DNA of 64,000 nt from Candidatus Latescibacterota bacterium. Lineage in GTDB: Bacteria; Latescibacterota; UBA2968; UBA8231. Positions 9,544 through 18,811 of the stretch are shown one piece after another. The stretch lies in NCBI GenBank assembly GCA_965206595.1, contig OZ242214.1, positions 2,496,001-2,560,000 of the forward strand, written 5' to 3'. A program made the translations under genes and the position numbers. Positions within the stretch are counted from its first letter, which is position 1. Each line of letters opens with the position of its first letter. The notes beneath the pieces are model-generated. The model saw nothing but the letters and a program-made list of their open reading frames with translations. It was not told the origin of the DNA and did no database searches.

Positions 9544-10275
9544 ATGAAACGCTGGTGCATTTTCATCGACATCCTTGGCTTCAGCAAGCTCTGGGAATCC
9601 AACGAGTATCAAGCGCTCCATTCTCTTCGGGAACTGATGAGGGCCATTTTTCGAATTGGAACCAGGGTATATCCGGAAGAACCGCAACGCTTGTTCGTGC
9701 ATCAAATGGGAGATGGCTTTGCCATCGTGAGCGAATTCCGCGAGGAATCGCTCGAACGCCCGATAGCAATCGCCATTGCACTGATGCGGTGCGTTGCCAC
9801 CACTGGGGCATTTGCGGCCGCTGCCATAGCGGAAGGAGAACATGCAGACATCACCGGTTGCTACCCGCGAGAAGTGACAGAAAATACCGAACAACCGAAC
9901 AATGGTATAGTCCGGTTGGGTAGAGGGTTGATGACCTTGTCCACAGTGATGGGAACAGCCTTTATCTGCGCGTATCGTCTCCACAACGCAGCGCCATCGG
10001 GGCCGTTTTTGACGGTGTCGGCGAACCACCCTGATCGGGTCCCTGATGGCCTACCTGTCCGGGCGACCAAAAGCCGGAGTTGTACGTCGGTATTGTCGAT
10101 CGACTGGGTCCGGGCTGAACGGACACTTTTGTCAGACATACAGGAGAAGGCTGACATCAGCACTCCGTCGCAATGCGAGCTCGTGCGGAAAATCCAAGAG
10201 TATTGCAAACAGTATGAATTAATACGCAAGAAGTGGAACCGCTACCTTCGCGATCTTCTCGATATTGAAGTGTAG
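9544..10275 (+). CDS. Stand-alone class III nucleotidyl cyclase-like protein
   Basis: FIDILGFS and MGDGF metal-binding Asp motifs, VMGTAFICAYRL; no sensor domain. Confidence 0.6.
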   Translation: MKRWCIFIDILGFSKLWESNEYQALHSLRELMRAIFRIGTRVYPEEPQRLFVHQMGDGFAIVSEFREESLERPIAIAIALMRCVATTGAFAAAAIAEGEHADITGCYPREVTENTEQPNNGIVRLGRGLMTLSTVMGTAFICAYRLHNAAPSGPFLTVSANHPDRVPDGLPVRATKSRSCTSVLSIDWVRAERTLLSDIQEKADISTPSQCELVRKIQEYCKQYELIRKKWNRYLRDLLDIEV

Positions 10276-10510
10276 CATGGTTGTGAGGGCTGATGAGTGA
10301 ATCGTTCGAAGTAGAAGTGGATCTGATTCCTGAAGAAAAGTCCTGTTCCGACAACTAAGGCCCGGTTGGTACGGCCTGTCCTACAAAAGCCCGGGGTTTT
10401 TCAAACGATTGCGTGGGGAGCGTAGTCCCATGAGCGGAATGGTTGATTCGATTTTGCAAAGGGGATTATATATGTGGCTGCGCAAGGCGGCCAACCCCCC
10501 CCCCCCCCGC

Positions 10511-10894
10511 TCAGGGCCTGTCCAAATAGCGGATGGCGATGGTCTTGACCGTGATCTTGTTTCCGCCCGGCATGGTGATGGGGGTCTGGCCAATCATGTG
10601 GGAGGTATAGGGGACGTACTGGTTTTCCTGCGGCAATGGGATTATCGCATGGGCACCGATCTGCTGCGCCTTTTCCTTTGCTTTCTTGAGCACCTCCGGA
10701 TAGGTGTTATAGATGCTTCCGTTCCCTTCGACAATGGCGATGACCTCGAACTTTCTGTCCTGGGGCTCTTCGAACAGGATTTCGACGCTGTCGCTCGGCT
10801 CGAATTTCCGGGTATCGAGCATGACAACACTGCTCGCAGCGCACCCAAGGACGGAAATCGCCAAGGCCGCCGCCAAGCTCCGTGCGAGCACCAT
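10511..10894 (-). CDS. Lipoprotein, YbjQ/RcsF-like fold (hypothetical)
   Basis: Lipobox ISVLG|C; FEVIAIVEG...LKKAKEKAQQIGAHAII; start uncertain. Confidence 0.6.
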   Translation of the reverse strand: MVLARSLAAALAISVLGCAASSVVMLDTRKFEPSDSVEILFEEPQDRKFEVIAIVEGNGSIYNTYPEVLKKAKEKAQQIGAHAIIPLPQENQYVPYTSHMIGQTPITMPGGNKITVKTIAIRYLDRP

Positions 10895-11307
10895 CCTGTT
10901 CAGGCCCTTGAACCCTTCACGGATTTCCTGGGTCAGTTTGGCGATGTCTGCCTTGATAGCGCCAGTGCCTTTACCAATGGGGGACATTTGTGCCTCCTTT
11001 GGGATTCTTAATATCCATAATGTGAAGATAAAACGCCCCTTTTCGATGTCCATCCCCCCGGCATGCAGATAGGTGTTTCCGCACACCCCAAATAGGGTGG
11101 TAACTCCCGTAGTGTCAACCAGTTATGCCACAATTAATGAGAGCTTCGTCGGATTCCGCATGATCGCGCGGGCAATCCCGCCGCGGTGCCCGGGCCGCCT
11201 CGTCGTCGGTCGCCACGATCACCACGCGGAGGTATCGGGTTGTTCGGCTCGGCATCGGTCGATTCGGTGGGATTTGTCGTTTTGCCGCGACAGGCCGAAT
11301 CGTCTGA

Positions 11308-11350
11308 TTGACCATCCATAACCCCGAGGTATATACCTATGATATATACC
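11308..11350 (+). promoter_or_regulatory. vapBC promoter/operator
   Basis: TTGACC at 11308; perfect palindrome AGGTATATACCT at 11327-11338 and inverted GGTATATA...TATATACC just upstream of the GGAGG RBS. Confidence 0.6.
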
Positions 11351-11370
11351 CTGCCACAGGAGGTACATCT

Positions 11371-11598
11371 ATGCAGACAGCGAAGCTGTTCAACAACGGC
11401 CGCAGCCAAGCCGTGAGGCTCCCGAAGGAGTTTCGTTTCAGCGGAGACGAGGTCTACATCAAGAAATACCAGGGCATCGTCATGCTCTTGCCTAAGGAAT
11501 CCCCTTTGATCTCGCTCGTGGACAGTCTGGACCGCTTTTCCAGTGATTTCATGGACGAGAGGAATCAGCCCAATCAGCAGCAGAGAGCGTCTCTGTGA
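11371..11598 (+). CDS. vapB: VapB antitoxin (AbrB/SpoVT type)
   Basis: MQTAKLFNNGRSQAVRLPKEFRF signature; AGGAGG RBS. Confidence 0.92.
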   Translation: MQTAKLFNNGRSQAVRLPKEFRFSGDEVYIKKYQGIVMLLPKESPLISLVDSLDRFSSDFMDERNQPNQQQRASL

Positions 11599-11998
11599 TC
11601 GATTTCCTTCTCGACACCGACATCGCATCTACCTCATCAAGAGACAACCGGCGCAAGCTTTGGCCAGACTGCAAGCCCTGGGTATCTCGCAAGTCGGAAT
11701 CTTCCACGATCGCGCTCAGCGAATTGGGTACGGGGTCTCGAAGAGTTCGAAACCAGAGCAAAACAAGCTGGCTCTCGCTGAATTCGTCGCCCCGCTGGAG
11801 ATCATCGCTTACGGCGACGCGGCAGCAGCACATTACGGCCGCATCAGAACCTTGCTTGAGCGTCAAGGCACCCCGATCGGCCGGTTGGACACCCTGATCG
11901 CAGCACATGCATCGGCCCTCGGCTGTACCCTCGTGACGAACAACGACAGGGAGTTTTCACGCATTCCCAATCTCGTGGTCGAGAACTGGATCAGCTGA
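11595..11998 (+). pseudogene. vapC: VapC PIN toxin, frameshifted
   Basis: MIDFLLDTDI in one frame, IYLIKRQP...DTLIAAHA...LVTNNDREF in another; STIALSEL lies in the alternative frame, implying about 3 indels; GTGA overlap with vapB. Confidence 0.85.
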
Positions 11999-12164
11999 TC
12001 CTGCCGTCCTGTCAACAAGGACCAAGCGCATTGTAGGAGAACGACCTAAGCCAAGAAGTCCAAAAGAATAAATGGGTTATGGGAGTGTACACCGCGAAGA
12101 CATAAGAACGTGTTGCACTTAGGTTGCGCCCCCGTCGGATCAGGGGCGTTCCCATCACGAAAGG

Positions 12165-12803
12165 CTAAGGTTTTCTTCCGATCTCTATGCGTACAGAGTC
12201 CCTGTTCTCAACTGTCGTGTCGAAAATACGAAGGTCACTTGAGATTCCTGCTTGATTCAGAAGGTTAACCAAATCCACCCCAGCTTTCATCCTCCGCTCA
12301 ACGCTCGGTATTGCCTCGTCATTCCTTTCCTCTGGGCCTGTCTGCCACACAAGCACCGTCACCCCAACATCGGCCACGACGGGCATGCCGACGAGCGTAT
12401 CGGATATAATCATCGAGTAGTCACCTTTTTGAGATGGCACTCTCCTCCATCCGAAATCAGTCAGCATACCGTCCAGCTCCGTCAAGAATGTCCTCACCTC
12501 CCGGTCTTGGCCGGCACCGGCCAGCTCGTAGGGTTGACCGGGGAACTTTCTCAACGCCGTTGCAAAGCGTTCTTGGTGTTCTGGGGGTATAGTCCTCGGT
12601 GCCTTGAGCCTTGCAAGTTCCAGTCGCGCTTGTGCGGCATCTGCCCCGGCTCTCTCAGCTCTCTCATTGGCAGATGCGATACGCTGCTCTCGGTCGGCAA
12701 TCACCTCTTTCGACAGATAGTAATACGCGATCGTGCCTGCAGCGACTAGCGCAGCCCCGAGCATTTGGGCCCAGTTGGCTATTTGTAACCATTTCTCCAG
12801 CAT
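12165..12803 (-). CDS. Hypothetical membrane-anchored protein
   Basis: N-terminal TM (MLGAALVAAGTIAYYYL), coiled segment ANERAERA...LARLKAPR, globular C-terminus. Confidence 0.55.
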   Translation of the reverse strand: MLEKWLQIANWAQMLGAALVAAGTIAYYYLSKEVIADREQRIASANERAERAGADAAQARLELARLKAPRTIPPEHQERFATALRKFPGQPYELAGAGQDREVRTFLTELDGMLTDFGWRRVPSQKGDYSMIISDTLVGMPVVADVGVTVLVWQTGPEERNDEAIPSVERRMKAGVDLVNLLNQAGISSDLRIFDTTVENRDSVRIEIGRKP

Positions 12804-12904
12804 ACTTACCTGCCCACCGGCTTGGGTAGCGTGGCAGTCGCTCTTTCGAGTGCCTGGACGGCTGCCTGATCCTTGTTTGCGAAGCACCTGACCGTCCCTG
12901 TGAA

Positions 12905-13237
12905 GTAAAGGAAAATGAGGCACCTTTTTTGACTCTCGGTCAAGGCGCTGAACGCACCGCCAGGGTCAGGAAACTCCCTGAGAGGATCGTTTGCCAATCC
13001 TTCGACCCGAGCTCGCAGCCCGGTCTGGTTGCCTGTAGGCCCCTATCCGGATCAATCCGGGACTGAGGGACCGTTGAGGGCACACCCAGCCGCACGCCCG
13101 GCGACCGCGACGGGTCGCGAGGCAGGTCAGGCGGCGAAATCGAACAGCGGCTCAGCCGGGGCCCTCGGCGGGGGCATCGCTGGCAGCCCTACTCCCTCCA
13201 GATAGGTCCAGATCGAGGCCGGATCGGTCAAGGCGGC
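12905..13237 (-). mobile_element. IS91/ISCR-like 3' (oriIS) end remnant, copy A
   Basis: Highly similar to 18812-19143; encodes the transposase tail ALTDPASIWTYLEGVGLPAMPPPRAP...FDFAA; degenerate end TTCCTTTAC. Confidence 0.75.
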
Positions 13238-13256
13238 ATCCGCTGGGAACGGGCAA

Positions 13257-13808
13257 CTACCTCTTCAGTCGCCACATCTCGTAAAGCGTCTCAGCCTTCG
13301 GTACCTCTCGGTTGTCGATACACGCGATGAAGGCTCGTCGAGCAACGCCTAAACTCTCAAAGAGCTGCTGCGCTCCCGGCGAACGGGAGGCGTGAGCGGA
13401 ACTACCGCGGGTTTCGTATAGCAATTTAATCTGCTGGAATAGCCGTTCTCGCTCGGCACCCGGGGGCTCCAAGAGGGCAGCCAACGAGGATGCCAGTCTT
13501 TTAGTGATATCAGAGCGTCCGGGCCGTATCAGGGTCTCCAATGCCGCCCAAGTCATAACGATCGCACTGCCAGATGAGTGCGCCCAGATAACGTCATCGA
13601 AAGTCTGAAATGCACGCCCGAAAGCTTCATCATTCATCAGCTCGGAACCGGGACCAAATGCTTGGCGCACCCACAGCAACTCTTTCTCCCCAATCACTTC
13701 CGGCGGATCAGGCATCGTGTGAAGCTGCCGAGGCAACGTTTCGATCGGCCACAAGGTGAGTTCAGTCGAACTCTCTGCAATACACGAAAACGCAGTATCG
13801 GACACAAC
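13257..13808 (-). pseudogene. Apea-like HEPN protein, 5'-truncated by IS3
   Basis: WAALETL...ITKRLASSLAALL...KLLYETRGSSAH (Rx4H); N-terminus replaced by the IS3 left end. Confidence 0.7.
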
Positions 13809-13865
13809 TGGAGTTGCCCCCGTTTGGTGGACATCCCCGATATTTTGACACAAGGAGGATGTCTC

Positions 13866-14180
13866 ATGCCACAGTCTCATCGGTCGTATCCGCCTGAGTT
13901 CCGCCAGCAGATGGTCGAGCTGGTGAGAGCCGGGCGGACCCCCGAGGAGTTGAGCCGGGAGTTCGAGCCCTCGTCCCAGACGATCCGCAACTGGGTGCGC
14001 CAGGCGGATCGGGACGAGGGGCGACGAGCCGACGGAGTCACCAGCGCCGAGCGGGACGAGTTGCGGCGCCTGCGCCGAGAGAACAAGCGCCTGCGCACGG
14101 AGCGGGAGATTCTGTCAAAAGCCGCCACCTGGTTCGCTCGGGAGGCCGATTCGAGATCGTCGAGGTCTTCGGATTCGTGA
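13866..14180 (+). CDS. IS3 OrfA (HTH transposase)
   Basis: RSYPPEFRQQMVELVRAG...TIRNWVRQ...ELRRLRRENKRLRTEREIL. Confidence 0.9.
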   Translation: MPQSHRSYPPEFRQQMVELVRAGRTPEELSREFEPSSQTIRNWVRQADRDEGRRADGVTSAERDELRRLRRENKRLRTEREILSKAATWFAREADSRSSRSSDS

Positions 14181-15039
14181 GCGCTCACCAGGATGAGTAT
14201 CCCATCGCCACCATGTGCCGCGTCTTGGGCGTCTCCTCCAGCGGGTACTATGCGTGGCGCCACCGTCAGCCCTCGGCGCGCTCCGTGTCCGATGCCCCGC
14301 TGGCGGCCCTCATCGCTCAGATCCACAGGTGGTCGCGAGGCACTTACGGGGTGCCGCGTATGGTCCGCGAGTTGAGCGATCGCGGCCACCCCGTCAACCC
14401 CAAGCGCGTGGCTCGCCTGATGCGCGAGGCCGGCTTGCAGGGCGTCAGCCGCCGCAAGTCGACGCGCACCACCCGTCGCGACGGGTGGTGCGCCGGCGGC
14501 GCCCGACCTGGTCGACCGCGACTTCGCCGCATCCGGTCCGGACGCGTTGTGGGTGGCGGATATCACCTACGTGCCGACGTGGTCTGGATTCCTGTATCTG
14601 GCCGTGGTCCTGGACGCCTGGAGCCGGCGCGTGGTGGGGTGGGCCATGGCTGGTCATCTGCGCACGGAGCTGGTCGTGCAGGCCTTGGACATGGCCCTCG
14701 GGCAGCGTCGTCCCGAGGGGTGATTCATCACTCGGACCAGGGGGGCCAGTATTCGTCGCTGGCCTTCGGGCGTCGTTGCCGGGAGGCCGGGGTGCGGCCG
14801 TCGAGGGGCTCGGTGGGCGACTGCTTCGACAACGCCCTGTGCGAGAGCTTCTTCGCCACCCTTGAGTGTGAGCTGCTCGACCGTCGCTGCTTCCCGACCC
14901 ATGCGGTGGCCCGCCGCGAGATTTTCGACTACGCCGCGAGATTTTCGACTACATCGAGTCTTGGTACAACCGGCATCGCCGTCACTCGGCCCTCAATTAC
15001 GAATCGCCGATGAACTTCGAGCGCGCCCATGTCCAGTAG
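14177..15039 (+). pseudogene. IS3 OrfB DDE transposase, frameshifted
   Basis: MCRVLGVSSSGYY, WVADITY, HHSDQGGQY and DNALCESFFATL are split across frames; 20-bp tandem duplication at 14912-14951. Confidence 0.85.
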
Positions 15040-15269
15040 CAGGTAGTCTGATGCGGGACCTGTTCGCCATGAAGCGGTCCCTCCCGGGCCCTCCCGGGGC
15101 CAGCCGGTGCTCTCCCGCCCACCCGGGCTCTCGCACCGGGCCTGGGCGCCCGACCGGTGCCCCGTGCTCCACCCGGGCCCCTGGGCTGGGGTACTCCCAC
15201 TCTACAACGGCCCCATTCGGCCCTACCTGCCGAAAGCACTTAACCGTCCACCGTACGGGGGTAGCTCCA

Positions 15270-15557
15270 CTGGCCGACGGAGTTGTAGTATGAGTTGAAG
15301 AACTCGCGGTAGGCGGGGTGGAACCCGGAGTAGTTGGGAATGGCCGGCTCAATCACGAAGGTCTCGAAGAACCAGCTGACATGGGCGAGGTGCCACTTTG
15401 TTGGGCTGGCGAACCAGTCGATCTGAAGTGTTTGATCTTCCGGCGTCAACGGAGCGGCGAGGGTCTCTGTCGTCACGCGCACCGCTTTGTACCGATCCAA
15501 GAGCGATTTCGGAGATTGGGCGGCGCCGTTTGTTTGCGCGCCAATACCTTCCGGCAT
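15270..15557 (-). pseudogene. egtB: EgtB-type sulfoxide synthase N-terminal fragment, truncated by IS3
   Basis: ASPTKWHLAHVSWFFETF and FNSYYNSVG motifs; similarity ends at the IS right end. Confidence 0.8.
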
Positions 15558-15711
15558 GGAGCTTTCCTTTGTTTCCTGTTTTGGACTGTGTCACGTTTCC
15601 GGGCCCAAGCGAAGGCTCTTGCTCACGAGGCCCCGCTCCGCCAATTCGAACAACCCCTGCGCGATCCAAACGAGCGTCGCCGGGCCCGCGAGAATCGAGC
15701 GGAGCCTGAGC

Positions 15712-15850
15712 GGAAAATGAGGCACCTTTCGGACGCTCGGTCAATGCGCTGAGCGCACCGCCAGGGTTCAGGCAGCTCCCTTGAGGATCGTATGCCAGTC
15801 CTTCGCGTCGGTGGCCGTACGCACCCCGGTGGCCGGATCTATCGGGACCC
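15712..15850 (-). mobile_element. IS91/ISCR-like oriIS end remnant, copy B (short, diverged)
   Basis: ggaaaatgaggcaccttt...ctcggtcaa.gcgctgagcgcaccgccaggg...gaggatcgt.tgcca.tccttcg matches copies A and C. Confidence 0.7.
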
Positions 15851-15876
15851 CGTCACAGGCGCTGACCCGTGCGTGC

Positions 15877-16080
15877 CCCGGCTCGCCGCTCTGATCGCGG
15901 CCGGCCGCGTCTGCGACCCCGCCCCAGGCATAATCGGCCGGGCGGCCGGAGATGACGCGCCCTCAGCCGGCCGGTGACCGCATCCCACAACTGGGCGGCG
16001 CTGTCGGCGCCGCCAGCCAGAGTCGCGCCGTCCGGGGACCTCCTGCCCGGTGAGGAGCGCGGTCTCGGCGCAGGTTTGGC
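15877..16080 (-). pseudogene. Collapsed miniature copy of the adjacent WD40 gene
   Basis: Three colinear blocks match about 16164-16188, 17958-18040 and 18308-18336 (29-bp identity tcctgcccggtgaggagcgcggtctcggc). Confidence 0.65.
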
Positions 16081-16086
16081 CCACCG

Positions 16087-18600
16087 CTATCTGACGATGA
16101 CCATCTTGCCGGCGTGGACCACCGGTCCGGCCTGCAGCCGGCTGAAATAGATGCCGCTGCCCACCGGCTCGCCTCTCTGATCGCGGCCGTCCCAGTGGAT
16201 TTGGTAGTAGCCGGCGGTCTGGGGCCGATCCACGAGCGTCCGCATCGCCTGGCCCAGGACGTTGTAGATCACCAGGCGCACCTGCCCGGGTGAGGCCAGC
16301 CGATAGGCGATCCGGGTCCCGGCGTTGAAGGGATTGGGCGTATTGGACAACAGACCGCCGCGGACCCCCTCATCCAGCGGCACCTCCCTGGCCGCGGCCA
16401 GGGGCTCGCTGGACACCATCCGCACCTCCCCGTCCAGGGTCAGATCCAGAACCTGGCGGCGGTTGCGGTTGAGGGGAATGCTGTGCCATTCGTCCAGGAC
16501 CCTGCCGCTGGGGGTGACGGCGCGGGCCAGGTACAGGCCGCTGACGCCGGACCGTTGTGGGCTGGAGATGGTCAGTTTCACGTGGCGTGCCGAATCTGCG
16601 ACGGCGCCCCAGCCATAGTCGGCCCGGCGGCCGGAGATCGAACGGGAGAATTCCAGGGCCACCCTCCTTGCCGCATACGGGAGGTTGGCCTCCACGACCG
16701 TGTAGGAACGGTTCGGAGCCTTCCACGAGGCAGTATCCCACAAGAGAGTCGTGCCGTCCCAACTGGAGCTGGCCAGAATGGACCCATCCGGCGAGAACGT
16801 CACGGATCTGACTTCACTCCGGTGCTCTCCGAGGTGTTCCTGTCGACCGGTCACGGCATCCCACAACCGGACTCTGCCGTCTGCGCTCCCACTGGCCAGG
16901 GCAGACCCATCGGTTGAGAAGGCCAGGAAAGAGACCTTGGACCAATCCCTTTGGAACGTGCCTTTGTCTTGAAGGATGGCCGCATCCCACAGGTGAATGC
17001 GGCCGTCCCCGTTCCCGGTGGCCAGGACCCCGTCCGGGGAGAAGGCGAAAGAGAAGACCTCACCCCACGTCTCCGCGACAGTGGTCTTGCGCTGGAGCGT
17101 GGTTGTATCCCACAAGCGGAGGCCATCGGTGCCCCCGCTGACCAAGGTCTTTCCATCGGGCGAGTACACAACCGAGATGACCGACCCTGCTTGCAGGGTG
17201 GCTTTCAGCTCCTCACTGGACACCTCCCACAAGCGCACACCGCCGCCCCCGTTCCCACTGGCCAGGGTGCCTCCATCCGTGGAAAAGGACAACCCGCTGA
17301 TCCCGTGTACATCCCCAACGACCATCTCCACCTCGCCCGTGACCGCATCCCACACCTCGATCCTGCCGTCGCTGCCGGAACTGGCGAGGAGGGTTCCATC
17401 CGGCGAGAATGCCAGGTCCAGGACGAACCCCTGGCGCCTCTCCCATGTGGCCTTCACCCGTCCGGTGACCGGGTCCCGTAGATGAACCTTCTCCCCGAGA
17501 CCTTGGGCAAGGGTGGTCCCGTCCGGCGAGAAGACTACGACCGGAGGCCAGTACGTATATCCCTCCAGGGTGGCCTTCTCCCAGCCGGTGTCCAGGTCCC
17601 ACAACTGGACCCTGAACCCCGCGGCCCGATCTTCGCCACTGGCCAGGACGCCGCCGTCGGGAGAGAACACCACGGACATGCAGCCGTAGACACGGTCCAT
17701 GGGGCGGTCCGTGTATCGGCTGTCATCCGTGTCCCAGAGCCGAATGCCAGAGTAGCTGCAGCTGGCCAAGGTGCCGCCGTCCGGGGAGAAGGAGACGGAA
17801 GTGACCCAACGCATGTGCTCGTCGAAGGTGGCCAGGTGATCGCCGTTGCCGGCATCCCACAACCGAACCGTGTGGTCATCGGAACCACTCGCCAGGGTGC
17901 GGCCGTCCGGGGAGAAGGAAACGGTATTGACCGCCTCTCGATGACCCTCCAGGGTGGCCTTCAGCCGGCCGCTGACCACATCCCACAACCGAACGGAAGC
18001 GTCGGCGCCGCCACTGGCCAGAGTCGTGCCATCCAGGGATCGGGACAAGGTCAGGACCGGTCCTTGATGCCCTCCCAGAGTGGTATCCAGGCGGCCGGTC
18101 ACCGCATCCCACAACCGGATCACCCCGTCCGAGGCGCCACTGGCCAGGGTCGAGTCACCGAGAAACGTCACGGTCAGGACTCTCCCATTCGAGGTGAGGG
18201 TGCCCTTCACCTGGACCGTGGCCAGATCCCACAGCTGGATCGTACCATCCAGATTGCCCGCGGCCAGGGTCCCGCCGTCCGGGGAGAAAGCCACGGAGGT
18301 GGCCTCTTCCTGCCCGGTGAGGAGCGCGGTCTCGGCCCCGGTTTCGGCATCGTAGATCCAGATGCCGAAGCCGCCGGTCACCGCCAGCCGCGTCCCGTCC
18401 GGCGAATAGACAACGGCTCCGGCCCCAGGCTGGGGAACCCCTCCTCCGGGGTCGGTCGGGTAGAGGAAGCTACCTTTGCCAAAGCGGGCGACGGCGCCTT
18501 CGGGCAATCCCCATGTGTAATGATCATGGGCTATGCCAGTCTGCACGGTCAGGAGACAGATCCACAGGGCGGGAAGATCGAACCACCGGGCCCTTACCAT
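16087..18600 (-). CDS. Secreted WD40-repeat protein with FlgD-Ig-like C-terminal sorting-type domain
   Basis: Signal peptide; about 14 repeats of SV.FSPDG.TLASG..DG.VRLWD; tail NTPNPFN...IYNVLGQ..RTLVD...WDGRD..G..V.SG.Y. Confidence 0.92.
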   Translation of the reverse strand: MVRARWFDLPALWICLLTVQTGIAHDHYTWGLPEGAVARFGKGSFLYPTDPGGGVPQPGAGAVVYSPDGTRLAVTGGFGIWIYDAETGAETALLTGQEEATSVAFSPDGGTLAAGNLDGTIQLWDLATVQVKGTLTSNGRVLTVTFLGDSTLASGASDGVIRLWDAVTGRLDTTLGGHQGPVLTLSRSLDGTTLASGGADASVRLWDVVSGRLKATLEGHREAVNTVSFSPDGRTLASGSDDHTVRLWDAGNGDHLATFDEHMRWVTSVSFSPDGGTLASCSYSGIRLWDTDDSRYTDRPMDRVYGCMSVVFSPDGGVLASGEDRAAGFRVQLWDLDTGWEKATLEGYTYWPPVVVFSPDGTTLAQGLGEKVHLRDPVTGRVKATWERRQGFVLDLAFSPDGTLLASSGSDGRIEVWDAVTGEVEMVVGDVHGISGLSFSTDGGTLASGNGGGGVRLWEVSSEELKATLQAGSVISVVYSPDGKTLVSGGTDGLRLWDTTTLQRKTTVAETWGEVFSFAFSPDGVLATGNGDGRIHLWDAAILQDKGTFQRDWSKVSFLAFSTDGSALASGSADGRVRLWDAVTGRQEHLGEHRSEVRSVTFSPDGSILASSSWDGTTLLWDTASWKAPNRSYTVVEANLPYAARRVALEFSRSISGRRADYGWGAVADSARHVKLTISSPQRSGVSGLYLARAVTPSGRVLDEWHSIPLNRNRRQVLDLTLDGEVRMVSSEPLAAAREVPLDEGVRGGLLSNTPNPFNAGTRIAYRLASPGQVRLVIYNVLGQAMRTLVDRPQTAGYYQIHWDGRDQRGEPVGSGIYFSRLQAGPVVHAGKMVIVR

Positions 18601-18669
18601 CGGGACACCTCCGTTGCGCTGGGGGATGGGGCGCGAGCTAAGTTAGACGCTTCAACGGGAGGGAATTGA

Positions 18670-18811
18670 ATGACCAACTCTGCGGGCGACAGCGTCGTCA
18701 TACTGTTCAAGGGAGGACGCCTGCCGGCGTGGCACCAGCTCGAAGAAGCGCAACGGACCGACTACGAGCGCCAGCACGTCGACCTGATGCTCTCCGTCTC
18801 CGAGCGGCAAA
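18670..18811 (+). pseudogene. 5' gene fragment cut by the ISCR oriIS end
   Basis: GGAG RBS then MTNSAGDSVVILFKGGRLPAWHQLEEAQRTDYERQHVDLMLSVSERQ in host-like codon usage, running into GTATAGGAA. Confidence 0.45.

Larger units (their letters stand above)
13809..15269 (+). mobile_element. IS3-family element, defective
   Basis: TG...CA ends; IRL TGGAGTTGCCCCCGTTTGGTGGACA vs IRR TGGAGCTACCCCCGTACGGTGGACG (20/25); no target duplication. Confidence 0.88.

Noticed and set aside
7568-12900. Integron cassette array
   Set aside because: Genes are in mixed orientation, no repeated attC-like sites were seen, and there is no integrase.
15877-18600. Diversity-generating retroelement template/variable repeat pair
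   Set aside because: Differences are not adenine-specific and there is no reverse transcriptase in the window.
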